Shown: piece by piece, positions 1 through 13,784 of the stretch | Layout: every line of letters starts with the position of its first letter | How positions within the stretch are numbered: position 1 is the first letter of the stretch | From: Octopus vulgaris | Lineage: Eukaryota | Length of the DNA: 64,000 nt | Direction: 5' to 3' | Assembly: GCA_951406725.2 (NCBI GenBank) | Contig: OX597842.1 | Span: 13,888,001 to 13,952,000, forward strand | Translations under genes and position numbers: made by a program | Notes under the pieces: generated by a model | The model's database searches: none | Seen by the model: the letters and a program-made list of their open reading frames with translations, nothing else | What the model was told of the DNA's origin: nothing

Positions 1-159
1 ATTTATTGTCAACTGAATTAAACAACTGTGAATTTGATGATATCATTTTTTATGATTTTTGTCTGATGAAATGTGTTTATGATTTTAGTCTGATGGCATC
101 CATTCATGTGTTTACAAAGACTTTTCGTTTTCCAATAAAGAAAGAATTGTTGTACATAC

Positions 160-231
160 ATGTAAGAAATACTGGGAAGGAATAAGAACGCGCCATCCTC
201 ATAGTTTTGTATTTGGTTGTTGCTCAAATAT
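160..231 (-). CDS. LRR exon (72 nt): YLSNNQIQNYEDGAFLFLPSISY(I/M)
   Basis: Polypyrimidine acceptor ...ttttccag|, donor |gtatgt; open phase-2 frame; LRR consensus. Confidence 0.88.
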
Positions 232-565
232 CTGGAAAAAAGAAATAAGTATTCTGTAAGTTAGAATATGTACAATTAATAAGTCTGTTTTCTACTGTTA
301 ATATACTGTCTAAATTAACCAAATAAAAGCTCATATTTACTGCAAAGATGTTTATTTCTCTATGAGTTTTCTGCCTATAGTTTGGACAAGAGCAGTTTCC
401 ATTAATCTCACTTAGGTATCCTGAGGGTAGAGAAGGTTTCTGTGATAACCGATTAACAAAAGATGGACGAAAATAAGCTATAAGAATAACAAGACATCGA
501 GACATTGTTTTGTGCACGATGTTGGTTTTACATCACATTCTCACCGAATGTACAAATATTATATA

Positions 566-1004
566 CTAGCAGCATAGCCCGGCGTTGCCCGGGTATGTAA
601 GAGCCCCTAGCAGGCAACGACTAATCCCAATTTAATCATTTCCCTCTAGGGAACGAAGGCGCATGTGTAGGTTGCAATGTCTTCTCTTCACTCGAATACT
701 TCTGTGTATACGATGTTCCTAGCTGTCATTTGGGCGATAAAAAGGTCGAGTTGCGTCCCCTAGACAGAAAATGTGTTGCATATAAAAAGCTTAGATTCTC
801 GACCCCATGTCGAATTTATCGATTTTTTTCAGAACTGGGGGAACTTTTCAAAATTTTCACTGCGTTAGATTTGAATTATGATATTGGGCTATGTGTGTGT
901 CAAGTTTCATCAGAATCGGTTGAAAGCCGTGGTCAGAGTGAGGGTACAACCTGACAGACACACAGACACACAGACAGACAAACTGCCGTTTATATAGAGA
1001 GAGA
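566..1004 (-). mobile_element. Non-autonomous Helitron-like element
   Basis: Minus strand starts 5'-TC and ends with a GC hairpin (cccgggcaacgccggg) followed by CTAG-3'; inserted between A and T without TSD. Confidence 0.75.
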
Positions 1005-1208
1005 TTCCAAGAGCAATATAATGACGAAATTGCAAAAATTAATCATGAATAATTAAAACACTTATCTTAACACCAATTCACAACTTTAAGAAACATATTC
1101 AAAATATAAGTAGGAATTAATGTTTGTCTCTAAACTGTTTTGTAAAACATATATATCTTTCATATTAGGTCGTCAAGTATGAAAATTATCGAAAACCAAT
1201 GTTTTTTA

Positions 1209-2300
1209 AATACAAGGAATAGTTTTATTCTTCAATATATGCACCCATATTTTCAATACACTTTTGCCATTTCAGCGGTAGCCTGTGCAACCCGGAACTG
1301 TAAAAGCCTGGTAGTCTAGAGACAATAAATTCCTGGAAGGCTTGTTTTACAGAATCATCGGAAATAATTTGTTTTCCTAACAAAAAGCTAGCGAAATTCT
1401 GAAAGATGTGGTAGTCAGTGGGGGCAATATCGGGTGAGTAGGTAGATTAAGGAGAGCTTCCAACTCGAAACCCTGTAGTTTCGCCAAAGTTATTTTTTCG
1501 ATGTGTAATCCGGCGATGTCTTGCAGTAAAATAGGATTGATCTGTTGACTAATCTAGGTTGTTTTTTGTACTTTTCTGCATCATTTGTTCCAGTTGGCTG
1601 CAGTGTACTTCGGCTGAGATTAATGAGCCAGGGGTAATGAAATCATAACGGATCACACCTGGACCAGACCACCAAACACACACCAACAGCTTCTTTTCCG
1701 TTTTGAACTGTGTTTTGGTGGCTCGTCTTGGTCCAGTCATTGTGGTTAACCTCTACAGTTGAGGCATTGGATCGATTTCTCATCACGTTACAATCTTTTG
1801 TAAAATAATTCTTTTTTGCGATGAGAAACTAGCATAATGTAGGCATCCAAACGTTGCTATTTCTGATTTTTATTGAATACATGTCGAAGCCACTTATCCA
1901 ACGTTTTCACTTTACCGATTTGAACTAGGTGAGTCAATATTGTTTGCTAACACAAAACAACAACAATAATTCACAGGCACTTTGAGATGGATCAGACTCG
2001 ACGGTTGCTTTCAGTTCGAAAATATCCAACTTTGTTTCTGGTCGACCGCATTGCTCATTTGTAAGATCAAATTTACCAGAACTAGATTTTGCAAACCAAT
2101 TTGATACTGTCTGCTGTGTAATAACATTAGAATGAAATTCTCCATTAATATTCTGAGCTGTCAGTGATGCTGTATTTCCAAGAGAGAACTCATATTTCAA
2201 AACTGTACAAATTTCTTCTCCTGTTTTGAAACATGATACATTTACTGAATCCGGATGCCAGCATACTAAAAAAGTACTTTCAAATTAAAGTCTAGTTATA
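1209..2300 (-). mobile_element. Decayed mariner transposase
   Basis: Fragments MKYEFSLGNTAS...VSNWFAK...GRP, KKLLVCVWWS...GVIRYDF and YSPDIAPTDYHIF; stops and frameshifts; ends approximate. Confidence 0.85.
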
Positions 2301-2574
2301 CAATACACAGTACTGCTATTGGTCAAAAATGGTCAAAAACTTTGTGGCATTCGGTTAATGACAAAACTAAGCATCATTTAGAACTAACTAATGTCCACAT
2401 TGTTTAATTAACAGGTGTTCTTCCAAAACTCTTAAAGTAATAATGAAGCTTCTACCCTAGCAATCATGATATAATATATATTTGGTCACGCCCACAAGGT
2501 TCTGACTGCAAGAAAATCTGTTAATATTACAAATCTACGCACATTGAAATACTTCACAACAAATTAAAACCATT

Positions 2575-3110
2575 AACATGTTAATTGCAGACTGGTTAAA
2601 TATGGCTGATGTTGGAATATTGATGTCCAGATATCATCCATATTTGAAAAGTTCACCTGTTGTTTCAGTACCCAGTCACATTGCAGTAGCTGCTGAGTAA
2701 GACAACTCCTTCCTGGACAGAAGCCATTCTGTGTGTTAGTGAATAGGTTTTGTTCTCGAAATGTAATCAACTACTTTCCGACAACGAGTCTCATAACTTG
2801 CATAATATGTGAGATCAGAGAATTATACCTGTAATATTTAGAGTTTTCTCTACTTCCTTCTTAATCAATATAACCTCTTCTAACACTTTGGAATGTTTGC
2901 CCACATGTACGGAAGCTCTGGAAACGTATCTGCAGTAGTTCTGGAAGGGCTTTCTTGCAAATCTTTAAAAGCATTCCTAGAAAACCATTAGAGCCGTGAC
3001 TAAGTTCACATCGAAATAACAGATGTTTTCTTTCTTTTCTGTAGGAACTTATCAAGCTTGCTTATTTGCATATTTTCTAATGAGGAATTGAAAGCATTTG
3101 CGAATTGTTA
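2575..3110 (-). mobile_element. Decayed CR1-group LINE RT fragment, same family as 19531-21700
   Basis: QNGFCPGRSCLTQQLLQCDWVLKQ matches HGFRPGRSCLTQLLQHYDWVLKQ. Confidence 0.75.
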
Positions 3111-3717
3111 ATTTGAGTATTTCGCTTATCCTCCTGGCCATAGGCTGTAGCGCACTAAGGTAAATACTTTTGAAATCTGTAGAAGTCACTAGTGTTCGTT
3201 TTTATATTTTCATCTGATTTGGTTTCGCTTTTTCGCAGCTTCTTTTAACCAGAGAATCTGATGGTGGTGTTGGTGAAGGGGAGGAAGAGGAGGAGTGGTG
3301 GTGCCAGACGTCGTCGTCGTACATAGTTTTGAGTCTTAAGACAGGAAGAATGTGGTAGTGTTGAAGAAAAGGTTGCTGGTGCTGATTGTGATAATGATTC
3401 TAATGAGGATAATTATGAAGATAATGATGATGATTTTCATGTTGACGTTCGTGCTAGTGTAGTTTCTAATGATGATGATGGAGAACAGGGTAAGATTTGA
3501 TACATTCACACGCACTCGCACATATACTTAGACATAAATATATAACATATGTAACAGCAAAACTGCCATGCACAAACACTCTTGAAAAATTTTAAACTAA
3601 CACAGTTTTTGATTTTTGTTAGTTGTTTTGGACATAAGACGACTGGACATACTGACACACGTTTTTATAAGAATTAGTGAAATACTATTTGAGATATTTA
3701 GCTAGAAAGGTAACAGG

Positions 3718-4560
3718 ATGAAATCGTTTTGTGTCAGCCACACCCGACTGAGCAAGTTTGAGAGGGTTAAGATCATTCAGTCCTTCAGTAATGGTAGCGA
3801 AATTCATTCTCTAGATTCCATCTTCAATGCCCATTCAATAATTATCAAGACAATTGTGTGTACGTTTGAGAATGATGGAATAGTGGAGAGGAAAGCTACA
3901 TAAAGAGGTCATATCCTCAAGAAGGATCATTTCAATCTGGAGATGAAGAGATCGATCAGAAGAGATCCAAATCAATCCATAAGATTATTGGCATCTGGGG
4001 ACAGAAGATGTGAAAATGAAATTGCATATGAAAACTTGTGAGGAGTCTTGATACTCCAGGACAAAAGTTTAGAAGATTGGAGAGGGCGAAGTTCATCTGC
4101 GACAAAGAGAAACACAACCTTCTAGAGATATTTCACATAGATGAGAAGATATTCAGCCAAGATATGCACAGAAACTGACGCGACAGCTGAGTTCTGGCTT
4201 CAGCTCATGAGAAAGCCAAAGTGTCATTTTAGGCGCAAAAACCTGACTAAGTGATACTTTTCAACTGAATGATCTCTGATGGTAAGAGAATGTTCCTTGT
4301 CACACATGTGTAGTGAGACAAATGTTTCGCATGGATGAGTTTGCGAAAAGGTTTTAGGATAAGGACACTTGGCCTCATTCATCACCTGGCATGATCTGAT
4401 CATTAAATAAGCTCGTGAGTAGCCCCACACTTACCTGGACGTGGGAATAGGACATTGATGAGAATTTCCATAAGAAATCTTGTGGTAAGGCAGGAAAAGG
4501 GTTGATAAAGTCTTTGGCAAACAAGGAGTAGCTGATGATGCCTAAAAGCCAGAGGTTTAT
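3718..4560 (+). mobile_element. Decayed Tc1/mariner (maT/DD37D-like) transposase relic
   Basis: HTH-like N-terminus, DEKIFSQD, and catalytic-region remnants best read in the duplicate at 6259-6720 (EDVPCHTS ... *PHSSPGLSTLDVSIW, cf. QDxAPxH ... WPPSSPDLNPLD). Confidence 0.6.
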
Positions 4561-5241
4561 CCAGAATTCTTACTCAATCTTTCAAATATAACTTTAAAAC
4601 CTTCCATTTGAACTTTATTCCAATGTTTCATGAGCTCCCAATCCTGAGCTATGTTAAAACATAGAATTTCATCTCCGCCAATTCATTCATGATTATTCAT
4701 GAGAGCTTGGAGAGGAACTCACATTTCGTCTTGCTCAAAATAGGGTCCATTTGTGTTAGAAAAGCCGCTGATAGTTCTATTACCTTTAGGTGATACTGAG
4801 ACACAACGTTCCGAAGTTGTATCTAAAATTTGGACACTTTTTTTCTGATATACTCGGTATCTGTACATCCATACACAAAAACATATGAAGATTAAAAGAT
4901 AAGCTTAGAAAACTAGAATAAAGAAGTAAACAACGAGAAAAAATGATGGAATAAAGTTGAATAATGGGATTTTTTTATATTAGGTAAACGGATGTTTAGA
5001 AACAAGAACATGATTACCTATGCATAAGAAGTAAGTAAAAAAGAAGCTCATTCATCCATACACCTACACTTTCACAAACACGCATTCACACATACACTCA
5101 GAGAAAACTATGGAGAGAGTGAACGGGCGTTAGATAGATACACTCTTGAAAGAGAGAGAGAAAAAAACAAAGTTGGAGAAGATATTAACAATGTAGATAT
5201 ATGGGGAAATAGATGGTACGAACAAAAGCGACACAACTCAC

Positions 5242-5313
5242 AGTTCTTCTAAATTCGGAAGGTTTTCGAAGGTACCGCGTTGAATATACGTGATATTATT
5301 GTCATTCAAATTC
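5242..5313 (-). CDS. LRR exon (72 nt): NLNDNNITYIQRGTFENLPNLEEL
   Basis: Acceptor ttttatgttacag|, donor |gtgagt; open frame. Confidence 0.88.
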
Positions 5314-5912
5314 CTGTAACATAAAACGGAGTTCATAACAAACATATAGAAAAGATTAGTGACAAAATGTTAAATATTATGGCGAAAAAAATTAGATATA
5401 ATTAAGAAATTTAAATGGAGATGATGATGAGAGGGACGGCGAGAAGGAAGAATATGAAGAGGAGGGGAGGAAGGAAGAGAACAGAAGAAGACGGAAAATA
5501 ACAGAAAAAGAAGGAATAGAAGAGGAAAAAGAAGGAAAGTAGAGGAGATGTAGTAGAGGAAGAACAAAAAGAAAGGAGAGAATGAAGAGTTGAAGGAGGA
5601 GGAGTAGAAAAATAAGAACTAGACGAGACGAAAGAGTAGCAGAAGTAAAAGATGAAGAAGAAGAAGAAGAAGAAGAAGAAGAAGAAGAAGAAGAAAAGGA
5701 AGAAGAAGATGACAAAGAAGAACGAGAGAAAGAAAAAGAAGAGCAGAAGGAAAACAACAAAATAAATTGCGAAAGAAAAAAGAGGCGAAAGAAGACGATG
5801 ACAACAAAAGGAAAGGGAAGAAGAAGAAGCAGCAGGAGCAGAAGCAGCAGAAGAAGAAGAAGGAGGAGGAGGGGGAGGAGGGGGAGGAAAAAAGAAGATG
5901 AAGAAGAACAAG

Positions 5913-5943
<31 letters not shown>

Positions 5944-7403
5944 GCTACAACAACGGCAATGAGTAGAAGAGGCAAGAAAAGTAAAAGCCGGATAAAAAGA
6001 ACAATGAGGAAGAGGAAGCGGGGAGAGATAAATTGATAGATGCAGAGGAGAGTGTGAAGAAAATGAAATTGAAGAATAAGAGAAAGGATGGATATGAAGA
6101 ATCAGAAGGAAAAATGTAGACGAGTAAAAAGACAAGGAAGAAGAAGAAGAACAACAACAACGACAACAACTACAAGTAGAAGTATAAGTAGAGGTAGGAG
6201 GAGAAGAAGAAGCAAAGAAGAAGAAGAAAATAATAAGATGAGGAGGAGCGAGAAGAAGGATATTCACCCTCGATATGCGCACAAACTGACGCGACAGCTG
6301 AGTTCTCGCTTCAGCTCACGAGAAAGTAATAATGTCATTTTAGGGGCAAAAACCTGACTAAGTGATACTTTTCAAATGCATGATCTCTGATGGTAAGAGG
6401 ATGTTCCTTGTCACACAAGTGTAGTGAGACAAGTGTTTCCCATGGATGAGTTTGCGAAAAGGTTTTAGGATAAGGGCACTTAGCCTCATTCATCACCTGG
6501 TTTGAGCACTTTAGACGTCAGCATCTGGCATGAACTGATCATAAAAATGTTTGTGAGTAGCCCCACACCTATCTGAAAGCCCTCGAAACATCCATTCTTA
6601 GGTCGTGTGAATAGGACATTGATGTGAACTTCCATAAGAAATTTTGTGGTAAGGCAGGAAAAGGGTTGATAAAGTCTTTGGCAAACAAGGAGTAACTCAT
6701 GATGCCTAAAATCCAAGGGTTTGGCCAGAATTCTTACTCAATTTTTCAAATATAACTTTAAAACCTTCCATTTGAACTTTATTCCAGTATTTCATGAGCT
6801 CCCAATCCTGAGCTATGTTAAAACATAGAATTTCATCTTCGCCAATTCATTCATGATTATTCATGAGAGCTTGGAGAGGAACTCACATTTCGTCTTGCTC
6901 AAAATATGGCCCATTTGTGTAAGAAAAGCCGCTGATACTTCTGTTACCTTTAAGTAATACTGAGACACAACGTTTCGAATTTGTATCTAAAATTTGGACA
7001 CTTTTTTCTGATATACTCGGTATCTGTACATCCATACACAAAAACATATGAAGATTAAAAGATAAACTTAGAAAACTAGAATAAAAAAGTAAACAACGAG
7101 AAAAAATGATGGAATATAGTTGAATAATGAGAATTTGAATATTAGGTAAACGGATGTTTAGAAACAAGAACACGATTACCTATGCATAAGAAGTAAGTAA
7201 AAAAGAAGCTCATTCATCCACACACCTACACTTTCACAAACACGCATTCACACATACACTCAGAGAAAACTATGGAGAGAGTGAACGGGTGTTAGATAGA
7301 TACACTCTTGAAAGAGAGAGAGAAAAAAACAAAGTTGGAGAAGATATTAACAATGTAGATATATGGGGAAATAGATGGTACGAACAAAAGCGACACAACT
7401 CAC

Positions 7404-7475
7404 AGTTCTTCTAAATTCGGAAGGTTTTCGAAGGTACCGCGTTGAATATACGTGATATTATTGTCATTCAAATTC
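7404..7475 (-). CDS. LRR exon (72 nt), identical copy of 5242-5313
   Basis: Same sequence and splice sites, inside a ~2.1 kb tandem duplication. Confidence 0.82.
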
Positions 7476-8044
7476 CTGTAACATAAAACGGAGTTCATAA
7501 CAAACATATAGAAAAGATTAGTGACAAAATGTTAAATATTATGGCGAAAAAAATTAGATATAATTAAGAAATTTAAATGGAGATGATGATGAGAGGGACG
7601 GCGAGAAGGAAGAATATGAAGAGGAGGGAAAAAGGAAGAGAACAGAAGAAGACGGAAAATAACAGAAAAAGAAGGAATAGAAGAGGAAAAAGAAGGAAAG
7701 TAGAGGAGATGTAGTAGAGGAAGAACAAAAAGAAAGGAGAGAATGAAGAGTTGAAGGAGGAGGAGTAGAAAAATAAGAACTAGACGAGACGAAGGAGTAG
7801 CAGAAGTAAAAGATGAAGAAGAAAAGCAGCAACAAGAAGAAGATGACAAAGAAGAAGGAGAGAAAGAAAAAGAAGAGCAGAAGGAAAACAAAATAAATTG
7901 CGAAAGGAAAAAGAGGCGAAAGAAGACGATGACAACAAAAGGAAAGGGAAGAAGAAGAAGCAGCAGGAGCAGAAGCAGCAGAAGAAGAAGAAGGAGGAGG
8001 AGGGGGAGGAGGGGGAGGAGAAAAAGAAGATGAAGAAGAACAAG

Positions 8045-8075
<31 letters not shown>

Positions 8076-10577
8076 GCTACAACAACGGCAATGAGTAGAA
8101 GAGGCAAGAAAAGTAAAAGCCGGATAAAAAGAACAATGAGGAAGAGGAAGCGGGGAGAGATAAATTGATAGATGCAGAGGAGAGTGTGAAGAAAATGAAA
8201 TTGAAGAATAAGAGAAAGGATGGATATGAAGAATCAGAAGGAAAAATGTAGACGAGTAAAAAGACAAGGAAGAAGAAGAAGAACAACAACAACGACAACA
8301 ACTACAAGTAGAAGTATAAGTAGAGAGTAGGAGGAGAAGAAGAAGCAAAGAAGAAGAAAAAGAATAAGATGAGGAGGAGCGAGAAGAAGGATGAAGAAGG
8401 AGGATGGGGACGATGAAGAAGAAGAAGCAGAAATAGAAGTCTAGAATGTTAAACAATACACAAACAGACACATACACACACAACCAAAGCAGGAGAAAAA
8501 AAGAATTATGAAGGGGAAGTGGTTAGACATAAATTAACATACGCAGAAGGACATAGGGTAGGAAATGAAATAGAGAATAAGAGGAAGAATATGACGAATA
8601 AGAAGAAAAAAGAAGTCAAAGACGTTAATCAGTGTTGACGGAGGAATAAATACCGTACATGATATAGAAACCGAATTACAGATACATTTTGCTACACTCG
8701 CATACACGCATCCATGCACCAACTGATACAAACACGCACAGAGACACCATCGCACACACACACACACACGGACATAATTATTTGCACCACATTTTCTCTT
8801 CAATTGTCTCAAACTTTTATATCAGAAATCTCACGAATTTCTCCCCGCAACATTCGCAGTGTTTCACAAACAATAACACAGTTCGGATAGAGAAAGATTG
8901 TAAACATACACAGAAATACACGCGCATGCACTCACTGGGTTTCGTCTTGTATCGTGCATTAAAATTTCCCATATTTTTAGAAAGGGACCCACACTCACAC
9001 TCTCACATTTACAAAAAATAAAACTGGACTTTGGATGTATAGACAAGGGTGGTTAAAATGAAGGATAGGCACATATTACAAATTTAGAAAGATAACGTAA
9101 TGAAATATTAAAGAAGATTTAAATATAAGAGGTTTTAGAGGAATAGAGAATTCAGCGGATGATAAGGAAAGAGAAAATGATATGAAGAAATCATGAAAGA
9201 GAATTTTTACATAAAGGAGAAGAAGGAAGAAGAAGAAGAAGAAGAAGAAGAAGAAGAAGAAGAAGAAGAAGAAGAAGAAGAAGAAAAAGAAGAAGTGTGA
9301 GATTGATAGTGATGAATATGTTAATAAGGCAAAGGTGAAAATAAATGGTGGTACTATCCATAACGAAGAGATTATGATGATGATGACGAGAGTGATGTTG
9401 TTAATGCTGATTGTTATGATAATGATTGAGGATTAGCATTTCAATAGTGAACATGAATATGATATTGAGGATGATGACGATGATGGTAATGTATTTGTCG
9501 TCCAGGATCAGAATGGATTTCAAGATATTGTATCTCTATCGTGGTGCTATTTGGTAATAAATGATCTCGATGATGAAGATGGCGACGATGAACTTGATGA
9601 TGTTTATGAGGGAGAAATGTAACAATGAAGATGAGAATAATGAGTCTGATGAGGACAGAGAGGAAGACGTCCATAGTTATCACGGTGGCAATGGAGGTGA
9701 ATTAAATACAGAGTTTGGGGGAATAAGAGACTTCAGCTGATGATGGAGAAAGAGGATATTTTTACACACACGAGAAATAAAGAAAGAAGGAGAAGAAGGA
9801 GGCGAGGGTGTGAAGAGGAAGATCAGGAAAAGGTGATGATGAAGAAGAAGATAGAAGGGAGCAGGAAAAGCAGAACAAGAAGAAAAGGGGATGATGATGA
9901 AGACGATGGTAATGAGAATAAAACAGATGAAGTAGAGAAAGAACAAGAAGATGTGAAAGAAGGTTTGAAGGAGAAGAAGACGAAGTAGAAGAAAAAGAGG
10001 AAAAGTAAGAAGAAGAATAAGGAGGAAGAGGAGGAGAATAGGATGAAGAAGAAGAAAGAAGAAGAGCAAGAAGAATAGAAGTGGATGATGTTGGAGATGA
10101 AAGCGGGATAGGAAAAGATGAAAAGGAGAGTAAAACAGATGAAGTAAAGAAAGAAAAGGAAAAGGGGAAAGAAGGGTTTAAGGAGACGACCAAGAATTAG
10201 GAAAAGAAGAAGACAAGAAGAAGATGTATAAGTAAAAGGAAAAAAGGAGGAAAGGAAGAAGAAGGGGAAGGTGGAGAAGAAAAAGAAGAAAAAAAGATGA
10301 AGCGAAGAGGAGGATGAAGTGGAGCAGGAGGATGATAAAGACGAAGTAGAAAGACAGGAAATCTAAGATGTTAATCATTGGTGATGGAAAAATAAATACG
10401 GTTCATGATGTAGAGACCGAATTACCAGTTCATTTATATACTCTGCATACATACATCCATAGAAAAACAGACACATATATACACAAACACACACAATGAC
10501 AACAGCCATATCTATATATACAAACACACACACATACACACACACAAACGCACACACATACACGCATGCACACGTAA

Positions 10578-10610
<33 letters not shown>

Positions 10611-11863
10611 GATATATAGATATATATATATACATATAGATATACACAGACATAAATTGCACTACATGTTTCCCTACAATTGTCACAAACTGTTAAATCC
10701 GAAATCTCAGGAATGGCCCCCCAGAACATTAGCAATGATTTCACAAACAATAATACAGTTCGTTCAGAGAAAGATTGTAAACGTAATCAGGCATATACAC
10801 ATGCATGCAATAAATGTGTTCCATCTTGGATCGTGAACTCACATATCCAATATATAAGAAAAGCTCCCACAATCACATACTCAATTACACAAACGATAAA
10901 AGGCTTCTTTCGAAGGACGGTTGAGGGAGCTTAAAGGCGCGATGGGCACATATTACAGATTGAGAGAAATGTCGTCAATGAAATGACTAAAGAAGGAAAT
11001 AGATTCAACTTAAAGATAATGAATTCAGAGAATTCAGCGGAAGAGAAAGAGAAAGAGAAAATGTTATGAACGATTCAGGAACGAGAACTTTTACATACAT
11101 GAGGAGAAGAAGAAGAAGAAGAAGAAGAAGAAGAGAAGAAGAAGAAGAAGAAGAAGAAGAAGAAGAAGAAGAAGAAGAAGAAGAAGAGAAGGGAGAATAA
11201 TGAGATGTTGAAGGATAAGAAGAAGAAGGAATATAATTTGAAAGGAAGGAGAGAAAAAAGATGAAGTAAAGAAAGAACGAGAAGAAAGAGAGGAATGAAG
11301 GTTGCAAGAAGACAAAGAAATAGAAGAAGAAGAAGAAGAAGAAGAAGAAGAAGAAGAAGAAGGAGAAGAAAAAGAAGAGGAAGAATAAGAAGAAGGGGGA
11401 GGAGGAGGAGGAGGAGGAGAAGAAGGAGAAGGAAAAGAAGAAGAAGAAGAAGAAGGAGAAGAGGAAGAAAAAGAAGAGAAAGGAGAATAATGGGAAGGAG
11501 AAAAATAAGAAGGGGAGGAGGAAAAGGAGGAGGAGGAGATGAAGAAGAAGAAGGAGGAGGTTATGAAGTAGGAGTACAGTTTGTATAATTAGAAGTAAAA
11601 CAGAAGGAGGAAAAATAATGAAAATGAGTAGGAGGAGAAGAAGAAAACAGAGGAAGCAATAAGAAGAGAAGAGGATCATAGGAAGGGGAATAATGGGAAA
11701 GACAAAATCAAATTCGTAGGGAAAGGTTAAACATTGGTAACACCGTACATGATATAGAGACCGATTTACAAGTACATTTCCATACACTTGCATACACATA
11801 TCCATAGACAAACAGACACATACACATTTAACCACACACATAGCCACCACCCATTTGTAGATA

Positions 11864-11997
<134 letters not shown>

Positions 11998-12456
11998 CAG
12001 ATAAAGGGTGAAATATAATTAATTTAATAAAATCAACAAATTTCACCAAGTAGTATTTCGGTATGGAAAAGGACCATATTCGGTAAAAGTTTGTCGCCCG
12101 GTCGGAAATATGGAGGGAAAGATTTCCTAGCATTTCTAGATTTATTTACCGGAATATTATGTTGATAAAGGAAATGAAACTTTGATTCTAATCCAAAAAC
12201 GTATGTCCGTAATTGACCGTGGACTGTTTGATTTTTTATTCTTTTTTTTGCCACATAATGTGTTACAAATACTGTTGTCTGTGGAGGCATAATTTTGTAG
12301 TAAAAGTCCTCTGGCTGCTACTTCTAATACTTTTGGTATGTGGTGTAGCAACTTGTTGCAAAGACCCTCTTTATTATAATTATATATATTTATATATATA
12401 TATGTGTGTGTGTGTGAGTCTGTGTATAAATGTATATATATATATAAATATAAATA

Positions 12457-12502
<46 letters not shown>

Positions 12503-12584
12503 CATATATACATTTATACACACACTCACACACACACACACACATATATATATATACATTTACACATATATATATATAATATAT

Positions 12585-12900
12585 ATATATATAAAACTGA
12601 GAATGTATGTTTGTCTGTCTATCTGTCTGTCTATGTGAATCCCTAAAACTTGAGAATTACACAACCAATTCCATTCGAATTTTACACATTCCTTACTTAG
12701 GGTCCATTTAGTGTCATGGGCAAAACGATATTTTACTTCTTGCCCAGGGCGAGGCCACTGCAATATCATATATTCTCCGCTATTTCAGTATTACGTGTTA
12801 AAAGTGGAACAAAAACATCTCTCTATTGTAATGTCACATGCTTTCACTTTAATACTGAAACTATTAAATCAAACTGTTATATAAGAGGGATGAACCATTA
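12585..12900 (+). mobile_element. Helitron-like 5' segment (related stub at ~49108-49175)
   Basis: tatatataaaactgagaat...gtctgtctgtc start shared with 49108; 3' end not identified. Confidence 0.4.
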
Positions 12901-13027
12901 ACAGTAGACATGCAATTTGCAGGAAGAAGATCCGCTTATGTCTTATATGCTACGCCACATATTTTCAATTTGTATTAAACAAATTATTATTCAATTTTTG
13001 TCCCCATTATTATTTTAAATTCAAATT

Positions 13028-13072
<45 letters not shown>

Positions 13073-13092
13073 ACATATAGATGTATATATAT

Positions 13093-13129
<37 letters not shown>

Positions 13130-13215
13130 CATATATATATACATGTATATGCATAAATGTATATGTATAGATGTATTTCTATAGATATATATGTATACGT
13201 ATACTTGTATGTATA

Positions 13216-13251
<36 letters not shown>

Positions 13252-13351
13252 TGTACATGTAATATGTACACATATATATACACATATATACACCCATACA
13301 CACATACATACATCTACAAACGCAAACACACACACCTACACACACATACAT

Positions 13352-13660
13352 AGGTGCAGGTGTGGCTGTATGCTAACAAACTTGGTTCCAAAACACATGG
13401 CCCTCACTGTATGGTAACTTGGCATGTGTCTTCTGCTATAATCTCAGACCAACCAAACCCTTGTCAGTGGATTTTGTGAGCAGAAACTGAAAGAAATCAA
13501 TTGTATATATATGTATGTAGGTATATATGTAAGTGCACGTGTGTGTCTTTGTGTTTCGCCCTCATCACTGCTCCACAACTGGTGTTCGTTTATTTACATC
13601 CCCATAACTTACTGGTTTCACAAGAACAAACCAATAGAATAAGTACCAGCGTTATCAATA
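13352..13660 (+). mobile_element. Degenerate tRNA-derived SINE, same family as 40795-41191
   Basis: Colinear with the reverse complement of the 40.8-41.2 kb SINE (gtgtcttctgctata...ccttgtcagtggattt...gaaactgaaagaa...aataagtacc). Confidence 0.75.
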
Positions 13661-13737
13661 TAAAAAATCACCTGGGTGTGTCTCATATTTATGTTTGCCA
13701 ACTCAGTTGTATCTGTCAATTTATCTTTGTATGTGTG

Positions 13738-13784
<47 letters not shown>

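Larger units (their letters stand above)
4148..8390. repeat. Direct tandem duplication, ~2.1 kb units (4148-6258 and 6259-8390), each with one LRR exon
   Basis: Colinear, near-identical sequence; junction at agaagaagga|tattcac. Confidence 0.92.

Noticed and set aside
412-477. 66-nt minus-strand segment with tag|...|gtgag and an ETFSTL LRR-like word
   Set aside because: The phase-2 frame contains TAA and the LRR consensus is poor; at most a dead exon
2413-2505. Possible decayed exon (ttttcttgcag|...ct|gt) on the minus strand
   Set aside because: Wrong length, in-frame stops and a weak donor
12041-12088. Hammerhead-like stems on the minus strand (ttttacc...tatgg/ccata...gaaa...ggtgaaa)
   Set aside because: The CUGANGA core is missing, so it cannot be called a ribozyme
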